Assembly (NCBI RefSeq): GCF_009914755.1 | Contig: NC_060938.1 | Source: the human T2T-CHM13v2.0 reference genome, Homo sapiens | Length of the DNA: 64,000 nucleotides | Reading direction: 5' to 3' (one strand) | In this document: positions 13,907 through 28,270 of the stretch, piece after piece | How positions within the stretch are numbered: position 1 is the first letter of the stretch | How the letters are laid out: each line of letters begins with the position of its first letter | Notes under the pieces: generated by a model | Seen by the model: only the letters and a program-made list of their open reading frames with translations | Told to the model about the DNA's origin: nothing | Database searches by the model: none | Program-made: the position numbers and the translations under genes

Positions 13907-14217
13907 GCCAATATCTCTTATAAACATTGAATAGTATGGGCTTTTGAACTAGCCTTTAATTATGGGAATATTAGAAACAAAAGAAAAATTAACTCCAAGT
14001 CAGCAATTGAGAATTATAATGGGAATATTATTGAAATAACAAAGTAATTTAAAAAATAGTTAAAACCTTTCTTGGAGTGTTAGAGGACTGATAAAACAAA
14101 GATGAGTACAGAGGTATTAAAACTAAGATACCTACCTTCAAACCTGATAAAAGAGTCAGAAGATTGCTGGCTGACTTTTTGCCTGATTATAGCTACACAG
14201 TTCATTCAGTCAGTCAG

Positions 14218-14234
14218 TCACAAGAGGGGGCTGC
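14218..14234 (+). promoter_or_regulatory. CTCF-like motif about 1.1 kb upstream of TRAV26-1
   Basis: TCACAAGAGGGGGCTGC. Confidence 0.45.
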
Positions 14235-15363
14235 TTCACCTTAAAACTCAGGTTTCTTTCTTGCAGAAGGGACGCTAAGCTTATGTTTTCCACTAAAGTT
14301 CCACAGAAAACAGGAAAAAAAATGATACACTTTTATCCTCTTTAGACAAATTGTACTTTATGATCTCTTATTAAGTGTGTTATGGCTTCAAAAGTTCTGG
14401 GGCCCTTACACTGATGGACTAAGTCTTTTCAGAGCACCTCCCTTAACACTGCTTTCTCCAAGTTTCACTTCCCTAATCATCTCTTACCTCCCCTATTCCT
14501 TACACCTTTTTCTTCCTTTCCTTTACCTATTCTTACCACCATCACCCCAAACTTCTTTGCTTTTCCTGGTCTCTTTTCTTTCCGCCTCAGTGTCCTTGGT
14601 GCACACAGTAGGCATAAGCACGGGCATAGAAATTAGGAAATGAACATGAAGGCCATGAGTTTAAGGAGGATGAGAGCCAGCACCATTTATGTCATTAGTC
14701 ACTATATCAAGAACAGATATATTGAGAAATGGCTACTTAGACAACAGTCAACACACGATTCCAGGGACCTCTATAGAAAACCCGAGTTTGGGGAGACTTA
14801 GCTTTCAGTGTCAATGTTATCAATTTTTATTTTCCCCCTGAGCACATCACTTCCTACTTTTGAACTTCACTTCCGTTTTCTAGAATGTAGATGGGAATTT
14901 CCAACTCCTTACAACACAGAGCTCACTATAGGCTTCTGGGATTTAATGACACTTTCCACAAGCTCCATGGAGCAGAGGAAACTTTATTTGGTACATTGAG
15001 GAAGAAATGATGGAAGAAAAGGTCTGGATAGATACATCCTTATGATCAGTTTTCCTCATTCTGTGCCAGCCTCTTAGACTTTAAACCTCATAAATGATTT
15101 CAGTAGACACCCCCTGAGTTGAGGATGTCTGGTTGATATCCTCACCGTCTTCTCAGGAACATGACTAAACCTGGGGAGGAAGACATAGAAAAGCAACTGC
15201 TCTATCATTGGCTGACAAGATCCTGACAACAACACAATGAGAGCTGCACTCCTTGCAAGTCTTTACTAGTAGCTGTTGCTTCTGTTCTCTGGAAATTCTT
15301 TAAACCTAGAATCAGACACAAAAACTGAACTCTGGGTCCACAATCCTCATTTGTCCTTGAAGT

Positions 15364-16122
15364 ATGAGGCTGGTGGCAAGAGTAACTGTGTTTCTGACCT
15401 TTGGTAAGTGCTCTGTGTCTACCTAGGGAGGGCTTCTGAGGACAAGGGACCCCGAAGGGTGGTTTGCCCTCTATGCTCCCTGTGCTTTATCCAGCATACT
15501 AGATATGACTGAGAACTGTTCTGTGCATTTGTCTAGGAAGTACATACATCTACATACCAGGCTAGATCATAACCATAATCCCAGAAGAGCCCTTGGCAGT
15601 ATTCAGTTTTAAGAAATCTATGGGTTTACTAAATCAAGCTCCCATGGAATACAGCCTAGAGGGTCTCTGATTATTGGCATGTATCTTTGGTCTTTATAAC
15701 TAACAGCAATGATATTTTTTGTGTTCTTGCAGGACATAAAAGTTTTGGAGTGTTAAGGGAGTGTTGTATCCTTGATCCATAGAATTGCATTGGTTTGAGA
15801 GTCAGGAGCTAATCTGATTTTCTTGACCCCTTAGGAACTATAATTGATGCTAAGACCACCCAGCCCACCTCCATGGATTGCGCTGAAGGAAGAGCTGCAA
15901 ACCTGCCTTGTAATCACTCTACCATCAGTGGAAATGAGTATGTGTATTGGTATCGACAGATTCACTCCCAGGGGCCACAGTATATCATTCATGGTCTAAA
16001 AAACAATGAAACCAATGAAATGGCCTCTCTGATCATCACAGAAGACAGAAAGTCCAGCACCTTGATCCTGCCCCACGCTACGCTGAGAGACACTGCTGTG
16101 TACTATTGCATCGTCAGAGTCG
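15364..16122 (+). CDS. TRAV26-1: T-cell receptor alpha variable 26-1 (leader 15364-15403, V exon 15835-16122)
   Basis: MRLVARVTVFLTFG/TIIDAKTTQPTSMDCAEGRAANLPCNHSTISGNEYVYWY...DTAVYYCIVRV; GT-AG intron. Confidence 0.97.
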
Positions 16123-16161
16123 CACACTGGGACAGATGGGGCTGCACCTGTGCAATATCTC
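16123..16161 (+). other. 23-RSS of TRAV26-1 (non-consensus)
   Basis: cacactg + 23 nt + caatatctc. Confidence 0.9.
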
Positions 16162-17539
16162 CCTGGTGGCAAGTGAGGAGGAGGGTAGCATTCACCTAGA
16201 GCAAAATGTCGATAGGAGTCAAAAAGTAACAAGAAAAGAGGAAAAGGAAGGGAAGGAGAGAAGGAGGAAAATAGGTAAAGTAAATAAGGGAGATACGATG
16301 AAGGGTAAAAAGATAAGAATAAGAACTTTATTGTTGATGCGGCTGAGAAAAATGATAAAGAGGCTGTGAATCATAATTTGAACATAGCAATAAAATGAAG
16401 AGGGTTAAGAATTTTCAAGACTCTTCTTCATGTCAAAAAAAAATCATTTCAGTTTGTTAGTAAAAATGAATGGATAAGGAAAATCAAAATAATTCTGCTT
16501 GTCCCAAAGGCTTTTTTCGTCTGGATCCAGGGGCAAGTCCAAGCTTTGAAATGCATGCTGTTATAGTTGTTCCAATTACCAGAAACAAGTTGATGTTTCT
16601 GCAAGAAAAATCTGAAATGTTCTTTCTTACTAGTGCAGTAACATCAGTTACTAGAGCATGCATATTTGTGATGAAGGTTTTTCTTTTTGGAAAGAAACAA
16701 AAGTCAAATGAATATTAATTTGTTTTTATTTTTCTTGAAGTCTTGAATCTTTAAATAGTCTTCATCACGTTTTATTTCCTAAGCAGCACACAAATCCATC
16801 TTACCATAAAAGACTCAGATAAAGCAAAAGTGAAAGACCTAGCTGCATTTCCTCATTCTTCCCTATCTCACAACACTCTTTTCAAAGAACACTAGCTTTG
16901 ACAGTTTAAGGTATACCATGATAGCCAGTTTAATTTCAGTTATCTATGTTTGCATATAACTTTATGCAATCACACACAAACTTACATACATACACACAGT
17001 TTTGTCATGTAAATTGGATTTATTAGATTTTTTAACTTGCCATTTATTTTTCATTTAATAAATTGTCCTAGAGATCTTTCTATATCAATAGAGAAGTTCA
17101 CTTTATTCTTTTTGGTGCTTATTTAGTACTTTGAGACATTCCATCATATAATTGCTTTTCTCTTGATGCATATTTGTTCCTATTGCCTCACTGTCATAAA
17201 GAACATTGTGTTCTACATCTTTACAGATTCACCTTAGTTTGTGTGTATGTGGAAGTGTTTATTTTAATGAGATTTCTGAAACTGAAATTACTATGTCAAA
17301 GGGAAGGTGCATTTAAAATTTTTGGAGAAAGTGGCAATTTGCCCTCCAAAGGATGTAACTACACTCCATATAATACATATATATGTATTATTATACACAT
17401 AATGTATCCATTATAACTATTATATAATTAATAAATATAATACATATAATGTGTTAAATAGCTTCCAACCAACAGTAGGTGAAAGAACTCATTTTACATT
17501 TTTATAAAAATTGAATTGAGAATTACTAACGGCTTTTAT

Positions 17540-17899
<360 letters not shown>

Positions 17900-19502
17900 T
17901 AGTGTTTTTGAGCAACTTTTTTCTACATGTATTGGCACTTTTTCATTTGGCAATATGCTTATTCCTACCTTTTGAATATTTTTCTATTTAGTTGTCCTCT
18001 TTTCTCTTTTTATTCGTAAGAATTAGTTTCATGCCTTAAATAATACATTATTTGTATGAATATTTTATTCTAACATTACCTTTTTATTGCTTATTTCTAA
18101 TATAATTTTAAATTTTTACATATTTTAACCTATCAAGTATTCCTTTCCTTTAGGCCTTGAAGGTCAATATCTTTACAGGAAATCCCTAAGTATATCACAT
18201 ATTTTAATATTTATTACCATTTGGTTGAGAATTATTTTGAGATGTATGTTACAGATTAGAAAACTGAGTCTCAAAGAGATTTAAAAACCTGCTAATATTC
18301 ACAGTATTAATAAGTGAGCATCAACTTTAAATTTATTTTTAAACCTGAGATTGTCTAACACTAAAATCTGAACACACATTGTTTAACCTCATCTTACTGG
18401 AAGCAATCATAAGAAGAAAACCCCAAAATAATGAATCAAATAAAGCATCAGTGGAATGGATTATAGTAGCCATCTAAGACACATGTTAGAGCAAAAGGTC
18501 CGGAATGTTAGGGTAGAAATTGCGAGTTATGAGTTGAGAAAGTCAATGGTCCTTAATCTTATAGAAAGGTAATGTTAGTACCCCAAACATTCAAATAGCA
18601 GCCAAAATGGGTGTTTTGATTGTGGAAGAACTCTAACGCATCCTCAGCTCTTTATTAGCCATATGTTTCCCAGGCAGAATGGATATTGAAGAAATTAGAA
18701 CATAAAGCAAAGGAAGTAGGAAAGAGGAGTTTGATCCTGGATCTGAGTGGCTTCCAATTATTCTTGGAAACTTCACACAGATTGAGGAATTTTTCTGGTC
18801 CATAGAATGGGTAGATAAATGTAAATTACTATGATGATCATACTTGGAAATTGCTTTGATTCCATGAGTGAAAGATAAGGGAACAGATATCTACACACAA
18901 ATCTTAGAAAGTGCACTGAGATGTGCTGGTAGCAGTTTCCAAAGATTGACATATCACTTTCAACGTCCTTACAGTCACTTTATTCACACTCCTTTTCTCT
19001 TTCACACAGTCTTTAATCTCATTTACCTTTTGTTTAACACCATCCTCTACTCTCCTGTATTTGAACACACAAATGTTTGAGGCCTGTATTTTTGGTTTTT
19101 ATTCACTGAAGCATCCTCTGTATCTAGGACAGTGCCTGGCAAATAGTAAGTACTCAGAAAATATTTACTGAACAAATATATTTATTTATAATTGAAAATT
19201 TTTACTGGCAAATACTAAGGATGCAATAAAATACTAGGGACATGAGTTAGATTCGCTATGAGGATACATGAGCCATTCAGTGAGAAGCCCGAACTCATCA
19301 ACTTTAAAGACCATTAATTTGAATCCCCTTTAGCCATTAACTCCCATAGCCACCATCTAGACAGGTCTTATGATAATGTTCTGCTCCACCTCTGAAATCT
19401 TACCTGCAGTCTAAAACCTCCCACCCTGAGATTCTCACCCTCAGTTACTCTCACTGTACTTGTTCTTTGACTATATTTGGTTATTTAGTCCCTTGACACC
19501 TT

Positions 19503-21040
19503 TCTTTTCTTTTTTTTTTTTTATTTAACTTTTGTTTTAAGTTCAGGGGTATTGAACTTAAAATAGGTTTGTTATACAGGTAAACTTGTGTAGGTTTGTT
19601 ATATAGGTAATTCTGTGTCATGGGGGTTTCTTATACAGATTATTTTGTCATCCAGGCATTAAACCTAGTACTTATTTGTTATTTTTCCTGATCCTATTCC
19701 TGCTCCCACCCTCCACCCTCAAGTAGGCCCCAGTGTGTGTTTTTCCCTCTTTGTGTCCATGAGTTCTCATCACTTCATTCCCACTTATAAAAGAGAATGT
19801 GCAGTATTTGGTTTTCTGTTCCTGTGTTAGTTTGCTGAGAATAATGGCCTCCAGTTCCACCCATGTTCCTGTAAAGGACATAATCTCATTTCTTTTTATG
19901 GCTGTGTAGGATTCCATGGTGTATATATTACCACATTTTCTTTATCCAGTCTTTGATGGGCATTTAGGTCGATTCCATGTCTTTGCTATTGTGCACAGTG
20001 CTGCACTGAACATACACATCCATGTGTCTTTATGATAGAATGACTTATATTCCTTTGAGTATATACCCAGAAATGGTATTGCTGGGTCAAATGGTATTTC
20101 TGTTTTTCAATCTTCAAGGAATTGGCATACTGTCTTCCACAGTGGTTGAACTAATTTACATTCCCACCAACAGTATATAAGTGTTCCTTTTTCTCTGCAA
20201 CATTGCTAGCATCTGTTGTTTTTTGACTTTTTACTCATAGCCATTCTGACTGGTGTGAGATGGAATCTCTTTGTGGTTTTATTTTGCATTTCTCTAACGA
20301 TCAGTGAAGTTGAGCTTTTTTTCGTATTATTGTTGACTGCATGTATAAGACATACATGTAAGACATACATGCAGCCAACAATAATAACTTCTTTTGAAAA
20401 GTGTCTGTTCGTGTCCTTTGCTCACTTTTTGTTGGGGTTTTTTCTTCTTGTAAATTTGTTTAAGTTCCTTATAGATGCTGAATATTAGACTTTTGTCTGA
20501 TGCATAGTTCGCAAAAATTTTCTTCCATTCTGTAGGTTGTCTGTTCACTCTGTAGATAGTTTCTTTTGCTGTTTAGAAGCTGTTTAGTTTAATTAGATCC
20601 CATTTGTCAATTTTTGCTTTTGTTGCAATTGCATTTAGTGTCTTCGTCATGAAATTTTTGCCCATTTCTATGTCCAGAATGGTATTGCTAAGTTGTCTTC
20701 TAAGGTTTTTATACTTTTGGGTTTTACATTTAAGTCTTTAATCCATCTTGACTTAGTTTTTGTAGACAGTGTAAGGAAGGGGTCCCATTTCAATCTTCTG
20801 ATTTGTCTAGTCAGTTATCCCAACACCATTTGTTGAATAGGGAATCCTTTCCCCATTGCTTGTTTTTGTCAGCTTTGTCAAAGATCAGATAGTTGTAGAT
20901 GGGCAGCCTTATTCCTGAGTTCCCTATTCTGTTCCATTGGTCTATGTGTATATTTTTGTACCAGTGCCATGCTGTTTTGGTTACTGTAGCCTTGTAGTAT
21001 AGTTTGAAGGTGGGGCATATGATGCCTCCAGCTTTGTTCC
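19503..21040 (-). mobile_element. Older L1PA/L1PB 3' end (ORF2 C-terminus plus 3'UTR)
   Basis: Poly-T then 3'UTR; ORF track shows [40 protein letters not shown] (L1 ORF2). Confidence 0.92.
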
Positions 21041-21243
21041 CCTTTATTTTCACCTTATTTCTCAGAAGCTTCTTATCTTTTATTTTCTTACCTATAATGC
21101 TTATACTCTATTACCTGTTGCTTTCAATCTTTAGTCATTGACTATATTATTCTCATCCCAATTCTGCATCATAGCAGTGATCTAATTAATTCCCAATCAT
21201 GAATCTGTATCTTCCTTATTGTAATGCATATCTTGTCTGATCA

Positions 21244-21617
<374 letters not shown>

Positions 21618-22579
21618 TTACCTTCAAAATTAACTAGGCCCACAATGTTTCCAGGAAAGTATTCTTCTTCTCTGTAATCACATCTCACTGCCATTTTCTA
21701 AAACTTCTCACATACCTCAGACTTCCTAACCCAGATCCTCCTCCATTCACTCTCTTGGGAGACATTTAATCTCTGTGTATAACAAGAAAAAAAATCCCAT
21801 TAGAAGGTAATAGGTGTTTCACTTTCTACCTTCACACTCCAAAGTATCACTTAAATCTAAACTACTGTAATCCTTTTCTCCTTCATTTCAATAAAATTGA
21901 AAATAACTGTTTTTCCTCCTACCAAAACTTTGTCCTTCTACCCATAATCCACATTCCAATCCCATCTGTCTCCTCAAAACTTTGATCCATTGTTTATACA
22001 TTCTTTCCAAAAGCATGTAAATATACCCTAATTTGTATAAACCCTACCATTACCTCTTCAACATCCTCATCCAGTTAACACCATGACTCTTTTCTCCTCT
22101 TTAGAGGATCCAGCAACCTCTAGAAGGAGATTTCTATATTCAAATTTTTTCTTCCTTGTCTCATCACAATGCCTCTTCCCATAGCAGTTGACCTTTTGCT
22201 GAAAAGACCAAAATCATGATTTTTGTGTTGTTAAAAAAATCAGTAGTTCAGTAGCACAGTATGGTGACTATAGTTATCAATAATTTATTGTATATTTCAA
22301 AATAGCTAGATTTGGAATGTTGTCAACACAAGGAAATAATAAATGTTTGAAGCAATGGTTAACTCAATTACCATGATTTGATAATTACATGTTGTATGTA
22401 TGTATCAAAATGTCACATGCATTTCATAAATATGTACAATTATTACGCATCAATAAAAAATCAATAGACATTGAAAAGTTATCATCTTATAGACATTTAT
22501 TTACCACTCACTCTGTTAGCCATTCATTTCTTTTTAGAATTCCTTTTTCCTTCTCTTTTAGAAATCCAGCCATTTCTGA

Positions 22580-22925
<346 letters not shown>

Positions 22926-23300
22926 TCAAGGTTTCTTTAGTACTTTTTCCACTATCTATCCCATCAGTGTTTGGGTTCCTTGAGGATTTTTTTAAGTCCC
23001 TATTCTCTTCTAAATTTTGCTCTAAGCATTTGTCTTGGTAAAATTGCATCTAGTCTTATAGGGTAGTACTACGTCACAGATAACATAGTGGGCAAGGAAC
23101 TGAGCTTGCAGTGGAAAAGAATTGGATTCTAATCCTTGCATGTCCTTGGACAAATGACTTAACTTCATAAGGACTTGATTTCCCGTCTGTTCAGTATAGA
23201 TAAGATCTACTGTAAAGGGCTATAGTGTAAAATGTGCAATAGTTATCAGTGGTCAATAATGTGGATTATTAAATCATATTGATGAGACAAACTCCAATTC

Positions 23301-23857
23301 TGTTGAGATAGCAGATCAGCCAGACTTGTTTTCTGAGCACTGGTCACAAGACCCTGCTGAACAAAACAGGAGCTGATCAAAACAGAATGCAGCAAAGAGA
23401 GTGGCCAAAACCAGCTAAAACCAAGATGGAGATGAAAGTGACCTCTGATTGGCCCCACTGCTCATTATACACTAATTATAATACATTTGCATGCTAAGTG
23501 AAACTCCCACCACCACCATGACAGTTTACAAATGCCATGACAATCCCCAGAAGTTACCTTATATGGCTTAAAAGGGGAGGAACCCTCAGTTTAGGGTTCC
23601 TTTTCCAGGTAATTCATGAATTTATTTATTATTTAGAATATAATCAAAAAATAGCCATATATATAGCTAGCCAACAATCCACAAGGGCTGTAACTGCTGC
23701 TGCTATTACTCTGTCTATGGAGCAACCACTTTCCTGTACTCTGTAGCTCCAATACACTTGCCTTCACTTTGCTCTGTCAGCTCACTCATGAATTCTTTCC
23801 TGTGTGAAGCCAGGAAACCTGCTGGGCTGGTTTTGGGGATCACCTACCTCACTATCA
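23301..23857 (+). mobile_element. MER41-family ERV1 solo LTR
   Basis: aaaaccaagatgg...gtgacctctg...ccatgacagtttacaaatgccatg...gttaccttatatgg...aaaaggggagg matches MER41 motifs; TG...CA ends. Confidence 0.85.
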
Positions 23858-24098
23858 CTTACTATGACTTGGACAAATTGAATCTTTTCTTCCATGCTTT
23901 AGTTTCCCCGTTTATAAAATGACGATGATAATAGTATTTACTTCATAGGATTAAATAATATTATTTACTTTATAAGATTAAAATAGCTTCCTCATAAGCA
24001 GACCCCTGAAAACACTGTCATCAGATTATTCTGCTAAGAAATTCAAACCAAGGAAATGGAGCCCAAACCCAAAAGACTCAGTGTGTTTCCACATTTGA

Positions 24099-24113
24099 CC
24101 TCCAGGGGGCAAT
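24099..24113 (+). promoter_or_regulatory. CTCF-like motif upstream of TRAV8-7
   Basis: CCTCCAGGGGGCAAT about 280 bp upstream of the ATG. Confidence 0.65.
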
Positions 24114-24391
24114 GTCTCACAGACCGGAAATGTCTCTGCTAAGAAGAGTTCTGTCCTTCCTGAGCGGCTTTATCTCACAGCTCACTGAGGTGCATATTCT
24201 GAGTAGGATCAACACCAGAGTGGTTGTTGTCAAGAGAGCAGCTCTTACTAGTGGTCTCTAGGCCTTACCTAAGCAGGGAACTCTTGAATCCCAGATTTTC
24301 CTCATTATAGGGACTCACCATCCTCTGGCACATTCCTTCCCACTCAGGAGATCTTCTAGAATAGAGCTCTCAGCTTCCTCACTGCCTAGCC

Positions 24392-24873
24392 ATGCTCTTA
24401 GTGGTCATTCTGCTGCTTGGAATGTTCTTCACACTGAGTAAGTATAATAATATTGTTTCCCTGCTCCCGTCTCCATACAAGGAACATTGTTCCAATCGGA
24501 ATCTAAATAGAGACTCTGTCTCATTACAGGTAGATCTGTTCTGGTCTCACTAACAGAGTGTTGATGTTGCAGGAGGAACCAGAACCCAGTCGGTGACCCA
24601 GCTTGATGGCCACATCACTGTCTCTGAAGAAGCCCCTCTGGAACTGAAGTGCAACTATTCCTATAGTGGAGTTCCTTCTCTCTTCTGGTATGTCCAATAC
24701 TCTAGCCAAAGCCTCCAGCTTCTCCTCAAAGACCTAACAAAGGCCACCCAGGTTAAAGGCATCAGAGGTTTTGAGGCTGAATTTAAGAAGAGCGAAACCT
24801 CCTTCTACCTGAGGAAACCATCAACCCATGTGAGTGATGCTGCTGAGTACTTCTGTGCTGTGGGTGACAGGAG
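24392..24873 (+). pseudogene. TRAV8-7: T-cell receptor alpha variable 8-7, open frame but defective RSS (leader 24392-24437, V exon from 24573)
   Basis: [55 protein letters not shown]...[12 protein letters not shown]; heptamer lacks CAC. Confidence 0.95.
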
Positions 24874-24912
24874 GACTGTGCCTGGGACTGCAGGAGGAGC
24901 TGAACACAAACT
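24874..24912 (+). other. Defective 23-RSS of TRAV8-7
   Basis: gactgtg + 23 nt + acacaaact. Confidence 0.9.
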
Positions 24913-25162
24913 TCCTGAGACACTGAGGTTTTCAGGAACTCAAGGGCACAGCCTGACCTATTTGTAGCAAGGTCTCTCATTTGATGAAAGTGAGAAAGGT
25001 GGAAGAACAGAGCCATGAGGAGTGCTTGACTCCAGAGAAGAAACAGAGACTTCAACACGTTCCTTCTTTTACTACTGGGTCACATCAGACAAGATGTGGA
25101 AGAGACAGACTTCTATGACTGTTCTCCTTCTGCTTGGAAATACCACACTGAAGAGGGTCAAG

Positions 25163-25202
25163 TTTTTTTTTATTATACTTTAAGTTTTAGGGTACATGTG
25201 CA
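25163..25202 (-). mobile_element. Extremely 5'-truncated young L1PA insertion (about 40 bp)
   Basis: tttttttttattatactttaagttttagggtacatgtgca is the antisense extreme 3' end of young L1PA; flanked by caag(t/a)tttt. Confidence 0.8.
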
Positions 25203-25669
25203 AGATTTTAAATTAGTGTGACCAGTACTGGACTCCTGATCCTCTCCTTCTCACTGCCAACATGCTGCTTCTATTACCTTTTGTTTTTCAATCGACAGCA
25301 TCTCATTCTTTCAGAATCTGCCCATAGCCTCAGAGTTATTTTTGACTCTTATTTTTTCTTTCACTATTCACATTGAATCCATCAAGAAATTCAGTTGGCC
25401 CTAACTAAAAGATCGACCCATAGTTTGACCACTGCTATCTCTTTGGTCAAGCCACCCTCATCTCAATGAATTACCGTAGTAGCCTTCCAAATGGTTTCCC
25501 TGCTTGTCCTCCTACAGAACATTCTTAATACAGCAGCCAATGAGATCTTTCAAATATAGATAGGTCACTCATCTACTCCAATCCTTGCAATAGCTTCCCA
25601 TTTCTCTTAGAGTAACATCAAAGTACTTACAGTGACCTAGAGGAATGCATGATCTATCTCTCGTTACAT

Positions 25670-28270
25670 TTTTAAAACACCAACAGAAAAATAACTTTGG
25701 CAACCCTGAATTCTATACCAGTAAAAATATCACAAAGAAATTATAGTAAAGACATTCTCGAAAGGAAAACTGAGAGAATTCGTTGTGAGCAGACCTGCTA
25801 TAAACGAAGTCCTAAAGGAAGTTATTCAGGCTGAAGGGAAAGGATACCAGAGGAAAATTTGCAACTTCAAATACGAAGGAAGAACAACAGAAATAGTAAA
25901 TAGATGATAAGATACAAGAAACTAGTTTCCATTTCTCTTTTACAGTCAGCTTTACTGAGGTATAAGTTATATACAAAAACTATACATATTTAATATATGC
26001 AATTTGATGAGTTTGGACATATGCATACAACCGTGAAACCATCATCACAATCAAGGCAATAGACATGTTTGTCACCTCTAAAAGTTTCCTTGTGACTCTT
26101 TGTTTTTGTTGTTATTGCTGCTGCTATTGTTGTAAGAAAAATTAACATGAGATTTACCCTCAATAAATTTTCAAGTGCTCAAGCCTGTATTGTTAACTAT
26201 GGACACTATGTTGTATAGCAGATCTTTAGAACTTATTTTTACATAACTAAAACTTTAAAACCATTGAACAACAACTCCCAATTTCTCCCTCCCCCCAGTC
26301 CCTGGAAACCATTATTTTATTCTCTGCTTCTATGAATTTGACTATTTTAGATACCTCAAATAAGTGTAATCATGCATTATTTGTTCATCTGTGACTGGGT
26401 TATTTCACCTAGCATAATCTCCTCCAAGTTCAATCGTGTTGTCACAAATGGCAGGATATTCTTCTTTTTCAAGGCCGAGTAATGTTTAATTGTATGAATA
26501 TACCACAATTTATTTATTTATTTGTCACTAATCTTTCTTTTCCATATCTTGCATATTGTAATACCACATGCAGAAGAATAAAATTGAACACCATACGCAA
26601 AAACTTACTCAAAATTAATTAAAGACTTAAACATGATACCTGAAAGTGTGAAACTACTAGACGAACACGTAGAGAAAAAGCTTCATAATATTGGACATGA
26701 CAGTGATTTATTGGGCATGACACCAAAAGCACAGACAACAAAAGCAAAAAAAGACCCATGATATTACATCAAACTAAAAAGCTTCTGTGCAGCAATGGAG
26801 CAATTTATGGAAAGGGAGAAATATTTGCAAACCATATATTGATAAGTGGCTAATATACAAAATATGCAAGGAACCATAAAACTCAGTAACAAAAAAAAAC
26901 AAGTTTAAAATGGGCAAAAGACTCAAATAGACATTTCTCCCAAGAAGACAGACAAATAGTGAACAAGTATATGAAAAGGTATTCAGTATCACTAATCATC
27001 AGGGAAATGCAAATCAAAACCACAATGAGACATCACCTCACAAATGTTAAGATGACCATTATTTTTTAAAAAGTTAAGTATAGGTGAGGCTGTGGCAAAA
27101 CTGAAATCCTTGTACAGTGTTCTTGGGAATGTAAAATGGTGTAGCTGCTATAGAAAACATTATGGAGTTCCTCAAAAAATTTTAAATAGAACTACCATAT
27201 AATCCCCAAACCCTACCTCTGGGTATATATCCAAGATAATTGAAATCAGGATCTCAAATAGATATCTGTATTCCCATGTTAATTTAAGCATTATACACAA
27301 TAATTTCTCTTCTTAATTTATTTAAAATGCATAGACTGTTGAAATAAAATGTTATAAAATTCCCCGTTGGGGTTTTCAAAGTCTAAAGATGGAAGGCATC
27401 TGAGAACTATAACATGAAGAAATGAGGGTAAAGTAACCTATATACAATTTCTATATTGTTCATGAAGCAGTATAAATAAATATAAACAGACTGTGAAAGA
27501 TTAAGTAGTAAGCATAGTAGTAGTAGGCAATCCTAATAGAAACCACTAAAAACATAATACAAAAAGAAATAGTCAAAAATCAAATAGATACATTATAACA
27601 GAATAATAAGAGACCAAAACAAAGGGCAGAAGTGGAAAATGAATACTGAAGTAATAGACTTAAATACAACCATATTAATAGTTACATTAAATGTAAATGG
27701 TCTAAACACAGATATTTAAAGACAGAGATTATCAGTATGGATTTTTTTCTTAAAGAAGACCCATCTACATATGAACTGACTTTAAATACAATGACAAAGA
27801 TTAAAAGTAAAAGAATGGAAAAAGAGATCCATGAAAACACTAATCAAAAGAAATCTGGAAGGGCTATATTAACATCAGACAAATGGGACTTCAGAAAAAG
27901 AAATATTAAAGAAATAAAGTGAAATATTACATAATTATAAAAGGGTTGCTTCACTAAAAAAATGTTTAAAGTGCTTGTACCTACCAACAAAGCTTCAAAA
28001 TATTTGAAGCTAAAATGGTTAGAACTAAAAGAAAAATAGACAAAACCGCTATTACACTTGGAGACTTAAACCCTTTGTGTTCAGTAAATAATAGAACAAG
28101 TGTTATAGTTAGAGAATCAGCAAAGATGCAGCAGACCTGCTCAACACTATTATATTGACATTTATGGAACACTCCAGTAAACAACAGAAAGAACATAAAG
28201 CCATGCTTAGAAGAAAATTTATAACAGTAAACATTTACATTAGAAAAAGAAAAAAGGCTCAAATCAATAA
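25670..28270. mobile_element. Old L1M (+) carrying a nested, 5'-inverted L1MA (25940-27302)
   Basis: Minus-strand L1 3' end at 25940-26560 joined to plus-strand L1 ORF2 end at 26560-27302; TSD atttctctt at 25931 and 27303. Confidence 0.75.

Noticed and set aside
19672-21053. ORFs similar to reverse-transcriptase protein C-terminus
   Set aside because: Fragments of a truncated, mutated L1 ORF2; not an active element
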